In this document: one piece after another, positions 1 through 7,350 of the stretch
Layout of the letters: each line of letters begins with the position of its first letter
Position numbering within the stretch: position 1 is the stretch's first letter
Source: Candidatus Zixiibacteriota bacterium
GTDB lineage: Bacteria; Zixibacteria; MSB-5A5; WJJR01
Length of the DNA stretch: 11,156 nucleotides
Assembly: GCA_036170655.1 (NCBI GenBank)
Contig: JAVHPP010000106.1
Location: 1 to 11,156, forward strand
Reading direction: 5' to 3'
Program-made: the position numbers and the translations under genes
Notes under the pieces: generated by a model
The model's input: only the letters and a program-made list of their open reading frames with translations
The model's database searches: none
Told to the model about the DNA's origin: nothing

Positions 1-399
1 GAAGCGTTGAATGTTCGTGGGTATGAGCACATGCTGATTGGCCGGCGGTTCAATCCCGGGAAGCGGAGTCAAGCAGAGAGCAGCAGTAATCTGACTTGCA
101 GTTTCGATTCCGGGACAAATGTCCTGACGTTGATTCTTAAGTCCGTCGACAGCACGGCAGACTCACTGCGATTGCTGCTGGAGCCTTTGGCCGACACTCT
201 GCTCAGCCACTACGACGAGAGCAGCGGCAGAAGCATTCCGGCAGAACAGATGACCCTTGTTGCGGTGGGGAATCGCTTGAGAGTCAAAGTCTGCATCCGC
301 AGTATCCATTTCCGAAGCGAGAAAGACAGCCTGCGGCCGTTTGCCTTCGATGCCGACATCCTCTACTCGTCCGGTGAGCCCATGGCCCCGTCCGAGTGA
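1..399 (+). CDS. C-terminal part of a CDS entering from the left edge; hypothetical protein, possibly a DUF4153-family C-terminus
   Basis: Frame is open from position 1 (EALNVRGYEHML...) to TGA at 397-399. Segments LNVRGYEHML, PAEQMTL...RVKVCIRSI and DADILY resemble, from memory, the C-terminal region of DUF4153 proteins; not verified by search. Confidence 0.5.
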   Translation, partial: EALNVRGYEHMLIGRRFNPGKRSQAESSSNLTCSFDSGTNVLTLILKSVDSTADSLRLLLEPLADTLLSHYDESSGRSIPAEQMTLVAVGNRLRVKVCIRSIHFRSEKDSLRPFAFDADILYSSGEPMAPSE

Positions 400-420
400 T
401 CGAGGTCCTCTGAATATCGA

Positions 421-510
421 ATGACCGTCAGGAAATACGGGCAACCGCCGTTCACTGTCACTGTGCTTCACGGCCGTCCCGACAACTTCATCATACCAGC
501 ATCCCCATAA
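421..510 (+). pseudogene. Truncated remnant of an alpha/beta-hydrolase N-terminus (29 codons)
   Basis: ATG 421 to TAA 510 encodes MTVRKYGQPPFTVTVLHGRPDNFIIPASP. RKYGxPPFxVxVxHG.P resembles the start of alpha/beta hydrolases with an HGGPG motif; similarity is lost after about 480. Confidence 0.45.
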
Positions 511-734
511 GCTGTTGCCGCCGCTCCGGTCGCTCTATTTCTGGGAGACCTTTCGGCGGAGGAGTCCGATGAAGAGCGACGAGCTGCCAAGGGCACAACG
601 ACACGCGATTTAGCAGAATTACTTATACGCCCGTGGGGGATCTTGAAGTGCGGGGGAATTCGTGGCAGCCGCCAAGAGAGTATGCCGACGGGGCCGAAGT
701 GTCCAAGTGCCACTGTTTGCCGCTCAAAAAAGTC

Positions 735-763
735 TTGACTGGCGATGGCGATGGATTGAAATT
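735..763 (+). promoter_or_regulatory. Candidate sigma70 promoter for the tRNA pair
   Basis: TTGACT 735-740, 17-nt spacer, GAAATT 758-763 (weak -10), preceded by an A6 tract at 726-731; about 80 nt upstream of tRNA-Ile2. Confidence 0.35.
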
Positions 764-841
764 GACCTAATGTGGTTCGGGTGGATTGCCCGGACATGAA
801 CGATGAGGGACCGTTGGGCCGTGACAGGGGGACAAAAAGCC

Positions 842-918
842 GGGCCCATAGCTCAGACGGTTAGAGCTGCTGACTCATAATCAGTAGGTCCCAGGTTCGA
901 GTCCTGGTGGGCCCACCA
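842..918 (+). tRNA. tRNA with CAT anticodon, most likely tRNA-Ile2 (lysidine-modified)
   Basis: Cloverleaf: acceptor GGGCCCA/TGGGCCC, D arm GCTC/GAGC, anticodon arm GCTGA-CTCATAA-TCAGT (CAT 876-878), T arm CCAGG-TTCGAGT-CCTGG, discriminator A, encoded CCA 916-918. A paired G1-C72 and no GGG/CCC anticodon stem exclude fMet; C4-G69/C5-G68 fit the TilS substrate Ile2. Confidence 0.93.
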
Positions 919-1051
919 GTTTTAGAGTGATGACCGCACCGAAGCGAGAGACTTCGGTATTTCGCGGAACGGAGCACGCACTGTGATACAACCCAAAACC
1001 CGAAACCTGAATGCGTAATAAAATGCACGGGGGCTGACGAGGATGGTCGGC

Positions 1052-1128
1052 GGGCGATTAGCTCAGTTGGTTAGAGCGTTCGGTTCACATCCGAAAGGTC
1101 ACTGGTTCAAGTCCAGTATTGCCCACCA
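1052..1128 (+). tRNA. tRNA-Val(CAC)
   Basis: Acceptor GGGCGAT/ATTGCCC, D arm GCTC/GAGC, anticodon arm TTCGG-TTCACAT-CCGAA (CAC 1086-1088), T arm ACTGG-TTCAAGT-CCAGT, discriminator A, encoded CCA 1126-1128. Confidence 0.97.
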
Positions 1129-1233
1129 TGACGACTGATCGACACGGTTGATGGCGCAGACACGGAAGACAACTCTGGATCGAAATTCAATGACACCTGC
1201 CGCCGCTTGGGCGGTGTCCTTAGAGCGAGAAGT

Positions 1234-1262
1234 GCGCGCACCAGCCGGGTGCGCGTTTTTTT
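1234..1262 (+). terminator. Rho-independent terminator downstream of the tRNA pair
   Basis: Stem GCGCGCACC (1234-1242) / GGTGCGCGT (1248-1256), loop AGCCG, followed by a T7 run at 1256-1262. Confidence 0.85.
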
Positions 1263-1310
1263 GTTGCCGTTATGAAGACACAGACCAGTCATCCGGGGAG
1301 TGAACGCTCA

Positions 1311-2021
1311 ATGCCTACAACCGCTGAACTGCTGATGAACTTGCAGGGGCTGGATTACCAGCTGGCCGAATTGGAACGTTCCAAGGAGTATCTGCCCGAC
1401 ATGATCAGCACGCTCGAGGGCGAGATCGAGGCCGCCCGCGCCGCGGTGGATGAGGCGCATGACCAACTGGAGGCTACACGGCTGGAACACAAACGGCTGG
1501 AGATGCGTGTCAAAGAACGCACCGTGGAACTCGAGCGGCTGAAAAACCACATGGCCTTGATCAAGACCAACAAGGAGTACGACGCGTTGGCGCGGGAAAT
1601 CGACCACATGAAGGAAGAGATCACGTCTGCCGAAGATGGTATTTTGGCGGCCATGGAGGCGATCGAGAGTCTGGGTGTTGACATCGAAACCAAAGCCGCC
1701 CAATTGAAGGAGATCGAGGAGCGTAACGGCGTCCAACTGACCAACATTAAGTCGGAAATCGCTTCCGTCGGCACGAAGATCAAGATCAAGCAGGGTGAGC
1801 GTGAGAACATCATGGTGCGCCTTGATCCCCCCATGGTGGCGATCTATGAGCGTGTCCGGCGTGGCCGTGGATCCGGCACGGTTGTCGCCGTTCGCAATCG
1901 GGCCTGTAGCGGCTGTTTTAAGACGCTCCCACCGCAATTGGTCCAGGAAATCCGCCGCGCGGAAAGGATCATCACCTGTGATTCCTGCGGACGTATCCTG
2001 ATCTGGGACGAGGAAGGTTAG
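1311..2021 (+). CDS. Coiled-coil protein with C-terminal C4-type zinc ribbon (DUF164/zf-RING_7; CT398/HP0958-like)
   Basis: LLxLQxLD start, long heptad-rich helix containing KTNKEYDALAREI, YERVR, and CSGC...IITCDSCGRIL zinc ribbon. ATG 1311 is preceded by GGGGAG (1295-1300); alternative start at 1272. Confidence 0.92.
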   Translation: MPTTAELLMNLQGLDYQLAELERSKEYLPDMISTLEGEIEAARAAVDEAHDQLEATRLEHKRLEMRVKERTVELERLKNHMALIKTNKEYDALAREIDHMKEEITSAEDGILAAMEAIESLGVDIETKAAQLKEIEERNGVQLTNIKSEIASVGTKIKIKQGERENIMVRLDPPMVAIYERVRRGRGSGTVVAVRNRACSGCFKTLPPQLVQEIRRAERIITCDSCGRILIWDEEG

Positions 2022-2027
2022 GCGGCC

Positions 2028-3572
2028 ATGACACCACCGCGCACGATGACAACATCCCCGAAAGTCGCGGTCCGCCGCGCTCGGCAGTCCATGCCCGAGA
2101 CCGGGCTCGCTCGGTCAACACGCATCGGCGGCGAAGCGCTGGCTTTCGACGATGTGTTGCTGGTTCCGGCCAGGTCGGACGTCCTGCCGAATGAGGTGGA
2201 TGTCTCGACTCGCCTGGCGTCACTGGTCCTGCCGATTCCCTTGCTGTCAGCGGCGATGGACACCGTGACCGAGGCCCGGCTGGCCATTTCGCTGGCGCGC
2301 CAGGGGGGGATGGGGATCATTCATCGCAATTTTCCGATTGACCGGCAGGCGGCGGAGGTTGACAAGGTCAAGCGCTCCGAGAGCGGGATGATCAGTGATC
2401 CCATCACCCTTGGTCCCGATCGTCCCTTGCGCGATGCCGTCGATCTCATGCGGCGCTTCGCGATATCCGGCATACCCATCACCGAAGGCAAGAAGTTGGT
2501 CGGGATTCTGACCAATCGCGATCTGCGCTTCCGCAAGGATCTGTCGGTTTCCATCGGCGCCGTTATGACCGGACAGCCGCTCATCACAGTGCCTGAAGGC
2601 ACCAATCTGGATTCTGCTCAAGAAATCCTGCATCAAAACCGCATCGAAAAACTGCTGATTGTCGATGACGGCGGGAATCTGCGCGGGATGATCACGGTCA
2701 AGGATATCATGAAGAGCCGTGAATTCCCCCATGCCTGCAAGGATGCGCGGGGACGTTTGCGGGTCGGCGCCGCAGTTGGGGTCGGGTCGCAGGAGGGAAT
2801 CGCGCGAGCGCGAGCGCTTGTGGATGCCGGGGCCGATTGTATCTGTGTCGATACATCCCATGGCCACACCCGTTCCGTGATCGAAACCACCGAACGATTG
2901 AAGCAGCAGTTTCCGGGCGTGTTTTTGCTGGTCGGGAATGTGGCCACGCGGGAGGGTGCGCATGATCTGATCGCGGCAGGCGCCGATGCTATCAAAGTTG
3001 GCATTGGGCCGGGATCGATCTGCACCACACGGGTGATCACCGGGGCCGGCATTCCGCAACTGACAGCCGTCCTCGACTGTGCCGAAGAAGCCGCCAAGAC
3101 AAACACCAGTGTCGTCGCGGATGGCGGCGTCAAGTTCTCGGGAGACATCACCAAGGCGCTGGCGGCCGGTGCCGATGCTGTCATGATTGGCTCGCTCTTT
3201 GCCGGCACCGAAGAGGCTCCGGGAGAAAAGATCCTTCTCGAAGGCCGGGCCTACAAGGTCTACCGGGGCATGGGTTCGCTGGGTGCCATGAAGGAAGGCG
3301 CGAGGGACCGCTACTATCAGGCGGATCAGGACATGGCGAAGTTGGTTCCCGAGGGCATCGAGGGCCGTGTGCCGTACAAGGGCGAACTCCCGGATTCGGT
3401 CCACCAGCTGGTTGGCGGCTTGCGGGCAGGCATGGGAATCTGCGGCACAAAGAATCTGACAGAGCTCAAGACAAAATCCCGTTTTGTGCGGATCACATCC
3501 GCCGGCTGGCGCGAAAGCCACGCTCACGATGTTGCGATCACACAAGAAGCGCCAAACTACCCCCGTGCATAG
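2028..3572 (+). CDS. guaB: Inosine-5'-monophosphate dehydrogenase with CBS pair
   Basis: [22 protein letters not shown], tandem CBS domains, catalytic loop [47 protein letters not shown]. Start is uncertain (ATG 2028, 2046 or 2091). Confidence 0.98.
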   Translation: MTPPRTMTTSPKVAVRRARQSMPETGLARSTRIGGEALAFDDVLLVPARSDVLPNEVDVSTRLASLVLPIPLLSAAMDTVTEARLAISLARQGGMGIIHRNFPIDRQAAEVDKVKRSESGMISDPITLGPDRPLRDAVDLMRRFAISGIPITEGKKLVGILTNRDLRFRKDLSVSIGAVMTGQPLITVPEGTNLDSAQEILHQNRIEKLLIVDDGGNLRGMITVKDIMKSREFPHACKDARGRLRVGAAVGVGSQEGIARARALVDAGADCICVDTSHGHTRSVIETTERLKQQFPGVFLLVGNVATREGAHDLIAAGADAIKVGIGPGSICTTRVITGAGIPQLTAVLDCAEEAAKTNTSVVADGGVKFSGDITKALAAGADAVMIGSLFAGTEEAPGEKILLEGRAYKVYRGMGSLGAMKEGARDRYYQADQDMAKLVPEGIEGRVPYKGELPDSVHQLVGGLRAGMGICGTKNLTELKTKSRFVRITSAGWRESHAHDVAITQEAPNYPRA

Positions 3573-3888
3573 TGGCCGTCGCTTTCAACGTCTCTGCCAA
3601 GACATCGTGCATCGCTTGAATGAAACGTTGTAACGTGTTATAGGTAGTTGTCTTACGTAAAGAATTATTTGTCGTGTCTGAGTCTGTGCATCCCCGTGAT
3701 GACAGCGAAGTCTTTGCCGTATTTAGGTGCGTGTTACCACGCACGATTGTTCTGCGCCACAGATTCCGGCGCATATAAACACATACCCGGCATCCGCTTG
3801 TGCTGAATGCCAGGCAAGGTTCATCAACCGCGTCCAAGTTCCGACCTCGGGGGGGGTGTCATATTTCGGTACGACTGCCTTTGACTGG

Positions 3889-3916
3889 TTGCCTAAGCGG
3901 AGAAGATGCGTATAAT
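3889..3916 (+). promoter_or_regulatory. sigma70 promoter upstream of rnpB
   Basis: TTGCCT 3889-3894, 16-nt spacer, perfect TATAAT 3911-3916. A second perfect TTGACA at 3953-3958 has only a poor -10 (ATAAAT 3976-3981). Confidence 0.65.
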
Positions 3917-4007
3917 GCAGACGGCAAGCCGCAGTCATGCGGGGTTTATGGATTGACAATTGTTGGTTGTTTGAGATAAATGGTTTTCTGACAAGAGGAG
4001 AGATGGG

Positions 4008-4457
4008 AGAACTGACTGGTGGGTGAGGCGGCCGCGTGACAGGCGAGTTGGCTTGTGCCGCCATCCGGCGCAAGTCGAAGACCCTCGTTTCGGGGTCGAT
4101 GCTCGTTGGTCATGAGGAAAGTCCGGGCTCCGAAGAGCAGGGTGCCTCCCAACGGGAGGGCGGAGTAATCCGACGGATAGGGCAACAGAAAATGACCGCC
4201 CCGTCCCGCTCTGGCGACAGCGCGGGACGGAGTAAGGGTGAAAAGGTGGTGTAAGAGACCACCGGCGTGTCTGGCAACAGGCACGGCCGTGTAAACCCCA
4301 CCCGGAGCAAGGCCAAGCAGGGAAGAGGGGCTGCTCGCCCCGTTCGATTTCCGGGTCGGCCGCATGATCGTCCCGGTGACGGGACGGCTAGATCAATGGC
4401 CGCCATTCCACCTTGTGTGGAATACAGAACCCGGCTTATGGCCCGCCAGCCAGTTCT
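4008..4457 (+). ncRNA. rnpB: RNase P RNA, bacterial type A
   Basis: Conserved GAGGAAAGTCCGGGC (4114-4128) and ACAGAACCCGGCTTA (4424-4438); P1 4008-4024/4441-4457; P2 GGCGGCC/GGCCGCC; P6 GAGCAG/CTGCTC; GGGTGAAA; P13/P14; GGAGCAAG; P18 with GNRA loop; P19. Mature ends are approximate. Confidence 0.97.
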
Positions 4458-4478
4458 TTCATCCTCGAAAAGGAATCA

Positions 4479-6272
4479 TTGGCCAATTTCACTGGTGAGA
4501 CCCCGCGCTCTGGCGCGGGGCAAGTCGAAGTCCCCCATTTGGGGGAAGCCGGATCGAGACGGCGGAGCCGCGCCGTCCAATGGGTATTCGCCGAGACACC
4601 TGCGCCCGAGCGCGTGAGCGCGCTGGTGGACTCGCTGGGATTACCCGCGCCGATTGTCAAGATCCTGCTCTCCCGTGGCATGGATTCACTCGAACGCATC
4701 GACCAGTTTATCAATCCCAAGCTCTCTGATCTGTTCGATCCTTTCTTGATGGTGGGGATGCGACAAGCGGTCGAACGGGTGGGGCAGGCGCTGCAGAACC
4801 GTGAACACATCATGGTCTATGGCGACTACGACGTCGATGGCATCACCTCGACGGCGCTGATGTTTCTGGTCTTGAATCGCTTGGGCGCCGAAGTGCAATA
4901 CTATCTGCCCAACCGTCTCATCGAAGGGTATGGCCTGTCCGAGGAGGGGATCGACCATGCCGCCGCCATAGGGATCAACATCATCCTGACCGTGGATTGC
5001 GGGATTACGGCGGTCGAAGAGGTCGAGTACGCCCGCAGCAAGGGCATTGAAGTCATCATTACGGACCATCACGAACCAGGGTCGCATTTGCCCAATGCGG
5101 TGACCATCGTCAACCCGAAGCTCAATCCGCCGGAGACACCCGGCACGGAGCTGGCCGGAGTCGGCGTCGCTTACAAGTTTTCCCAGGCCCTCTACCGCGC
5201 GCTTGGCCAGAACGAGACGGAACTGGAAGAGCATCTCGATCTGGTTGCGCTGGGAACGACCGCCGACATCGCCCCGCTCGTGAACGAGAATCGCACGCTT
5301 ACCAAATACGGCATCAGTCAGATTGAGCGGACCAACAAACCGGGGATCAAGTCGCTCTGTTTTGTTTCCGACCTGATGGGACGGTCGATCAGCACCGGCC
5401 AGATTGTCTTTATCCTCGCGCCGCGCATCAATGCGGTGGGGCGGCTCGGGAGCGCCGACATGGCGATCAAGCTCTTGTCCACACGCGACGATCGTCTCGC
5501 CGCGGAGATTGCCCGCCAGCTCGATCGTGAAAATCGCACCCGGAAGACGCTCGACGAAGCCACACTGCGTGAAGCGCTGGAGCAAATCGAGAAGACCGTT
5601 GATCTGTCCGAGGATCGCGCCCTCGTCCTGTCATCTGCGGGGTGGCACCAGGGTGTCATTGGCATCGTGGCGTCGCGACTGGTCGAACGTTTCCACCTGC
5701 CGACGGTGATGATCGCGATCGATGGCGACGAGGGCAAGGGTTCCGCGCGGTCGATTTCGACGTTCCATCTGTATGAGGCGTTGCGTGAGTGCGAGGATCT
5801 GATGCTGCGCTACGGCGGTCACAAGTACGCGGCCGGTCTCTCGATCAAACGGGAGAACATCCCGGAGTTTTCTGCGCGCTTCAAGGCGGTGGCACGCCGC
5901 CGGCTGAGCGAAGACGATCTGATCCCCAAGCTTCTGATTGACCTCTATGTCGATCTCGACGAAATCTCCGATCAGTTTCTGGATGCCCTGGAGCAGTTCG
6001 CTCCCTTTGGTCCCCAGAACGCCCGTCCGGTTTTCATGGCGGCCAACGTCGAGCTGGCTGGATCACCGTACATTGTCGGCAACAACCATCTCAAGTTCAA
6101 GGCGACCAAGGGCGGCCGCATATTCGATTGCATCGGTTTCAACATGGGCGCGCGGGCCAAGGGATTGATCGAACACGGCGGCGCAATCGATTTGGCCTAT
6201 GTTCCGGAGCGCGTGTATTGGAACAATGCGGAACGGTTGCAACTGCGAATCAAAGACTTTGTCCCTGTCTGA
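4479..6272 (+). CDS. recJ: Single-stranded-DNA-specific exonuclease RecJ
   Basis: DHH-family motifs GDYDVDG, TVDCG, TDHH, GTTADIAPL, PRINAVGR; DHHA1 motifs GSARS and GGHKYAAG; C-terminal OB region (APFGPQN, HLK). The track start at 4413 lies inside rnpB; the in-frame TTG 4479 with AAAAGGA 4468-4474 is more plausible. Confidence 0.96.
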   Translation: MANFTGETPRSGAGQVEVPHLGEAGSRRRSRAVQWVFAETPAPERVSALVDSLGLPAPIVKILLSRGMDSLERIDQFINPKLSDLFDPFLMVGMRQAVERVGQALQNREHIMVYGDYDVDGITSTALMFLVLNRLGAEVQYYLPNRLIEGYGLSEEGIDHAAAIGINIILTVDCGITAVEEVEYARSKGIEVIITDHHEPGSHLPNAVTIVNPKLNPPETPGTELAGVGVAYKFSQALYRALGQNETELEEHLDLVALGTTADIAPLVNENRTLTKYGISQIERTNKPGIKSLCFVSDLMGRSISTGQIVFILAPRINAVGRLGSADMAIKLLSTRDDRLAAEIARQLDRENRTRKTLDEATLREALEQIEKTVDLSEDRALVLSSAGWHQGVIGIVASRLVERFHLPTVMIAIDGDEGKGSARSISTFHLYEALRECEDLMLRYGGHKYAAGLSIKRENIPEFSARFKAVARRRLSEDDLIPKLLIDLYVDLDEISDQFLDALEQFAPFGPQNARPVFMAANVELAGSPYIVGNNHLKFKATKGGRIFDCIGFNMGARAKGLIEHGGAIDLAYVPERVYWNNAERLQLRIKDFVPV

Positions 6273-6310
6273 TAACTCTCAATTGTCATGGTCTGCACCT
6301 GTCCCATTCG

Positions 6311-7279
6311 ATGAGCGTCCTCGATCGGTTCGCGGCGGGTGACCCGGTCGCCCTGGCCAAGGTCATCTCCTATGTGGAGGATCGCGGGGATGGCTACCAT
6401 AAGGTACTGGCACGCATCTTTTCCGGCCGCAAGGACGCTTACCGGGTTGGTCTGACAGGACCACCGGGCGCGGGCAAGTCGTCGCTCGTGAACCGCCTGG
6501 CCGGGATTCTGGCTGATCAGGGACTGCGCGTGGGCATCATCGCCGTCGATCCGACCAGCCCGTTTTCCGGCGGTGCGCTCTTAGGAGATCGCGTGCGCAT
6601 GCAATCGCTCTCCGGGCGGCCGAATGTCTTTGTGCGCAGCATGGCCACACGCGGTTCCGGCGGCGGACTGGCTGCGGCCACGAAAGACGTCTGCGTTGTG
6701 CTGGAAGGATTCGGGTTCGATTTGATCTTGGTCGAGACAGTCGGCGTGGGTCAGATCGAACTGGATGTCGCCTCGGTTTGCGACACCGTTGTTGTCGTCT
6801 TCGTTCCCGAGTCGGGTGACGCGATTCAAGCGATGAAATCGGGGCTGATGGAAATCGCCGATATCTTCTGCCTCAACAAGTCTGATCGCCCCGGAGCCGA
6901 CCGTCTCAAGGCGGGGCTGGAGTCTATCCTCGATGTGCAACGACAGGTGCGGCGCGTCATGCCCAGTCTCGCTTCGCCTCCCTGGGAGCCACCCGTAATA
7001 CAAACGGTTGCGATTCGTGACACCGGAATCTCGGAACTCTGGGATGCCGTGACGCGCCACCGGGAATTCCGCAGTCACAAGGACCCTCTCGGGTACCGGC
7101 GCACGCGCACCCGTTCGGATCTGATTCTCTCGCTGACGGAACTCGCGCGCGACCAACTCGCAGATTCGCTCTTTGAATCGAAGCAACTCGACCGGGCGGT
7201 GGAAGATATCCTGGCGGGCCACGCTGATCCGTACACGGTCACACACGATCTCTTCGAGACCTGGCGCCGGGGGATTTGA
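6311..7279 (+). CDS. meaB: Methylmalonyl-CoA mutase-associated GTPase MeaB (ArgK/LAO family)
   Basis: Walker A GPPGAGKS, VDPTSPFSGGALLGDRVRM, FVRSMATRG, ETVGVGQ, GDAIQAMKSGLMEIAD, NKSD. ATG 6311 chosen because the track start at 6128 overlaps recJ. Confidence 0.95.
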   Translation: MSVLDRFAAGDPVALAKVISYVEDRGDGYHKVLARIFSGRKDAYRVGLTGPPGAGKSSLVNRLAGILADQGLRVGIIAVDPTSPFSGGALLGDRVRMQSLSGRPNVFVRSMATRGSGGGLAAATKDVCVVLEGFGFDLILVETVGVGQIELDVASVCDTVVVVFVPESGDAIQAMKSGLMEIADIFCLNKSDRPGADRLKAGLESILDVQRQVRRVMPSLASPPWEPPVIQTVAIRDTGISELWDAVTRHREFRSHKDPLGYRRTRTRSDLILSLTELARDQLADSLFESKQLDRAVEDILAGHADPYTVTHDLFETWRRGI

Positions 7280-7350
7280 ACATGGCGCGGACCGTTAGAC
7301 GGAGCACTGAAAATACGTTGAACGCCAATCTTTCCAAAAGGAGATGAACC

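Noticed and set aside
468..797. 109-aa - strand ORF
   Set aside because: No recognisable domain, low-complexity composition, and it overlaps the probable tRNA promoter region.
842..918. Calling the CAT tRNA an initiator Met tRNA
   Set aside because: It lacks the C1:A72 mismatch and the three G-C pairs in the anticodon stem; its acceptor stem resembles Ile2. Elongator Met is not fully excluded without isotype models.
901..1128. tRNA 3' ends as integration (att) sites
   Set aside because: I saw no duplicated tRNA 3' fragment and no integrase in the window.
2017..2023. GTTAGGC integron core-like site before guaB
   Set aside because: It overlaps the stop codon between two core genes and has no attC hairpin; chance match.
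2247..3545. 432-aa - strand ORF (and similar ones opposite the zinc-ribbon gene, recJ and meaB)
   Set aside because: Antisense shadows of well-supported genes.
3946..4617. Several short ORFs over rnpB, and the recJ start at 4413
   Set aside because: They overlap the clearly conserved RNase P RNA.
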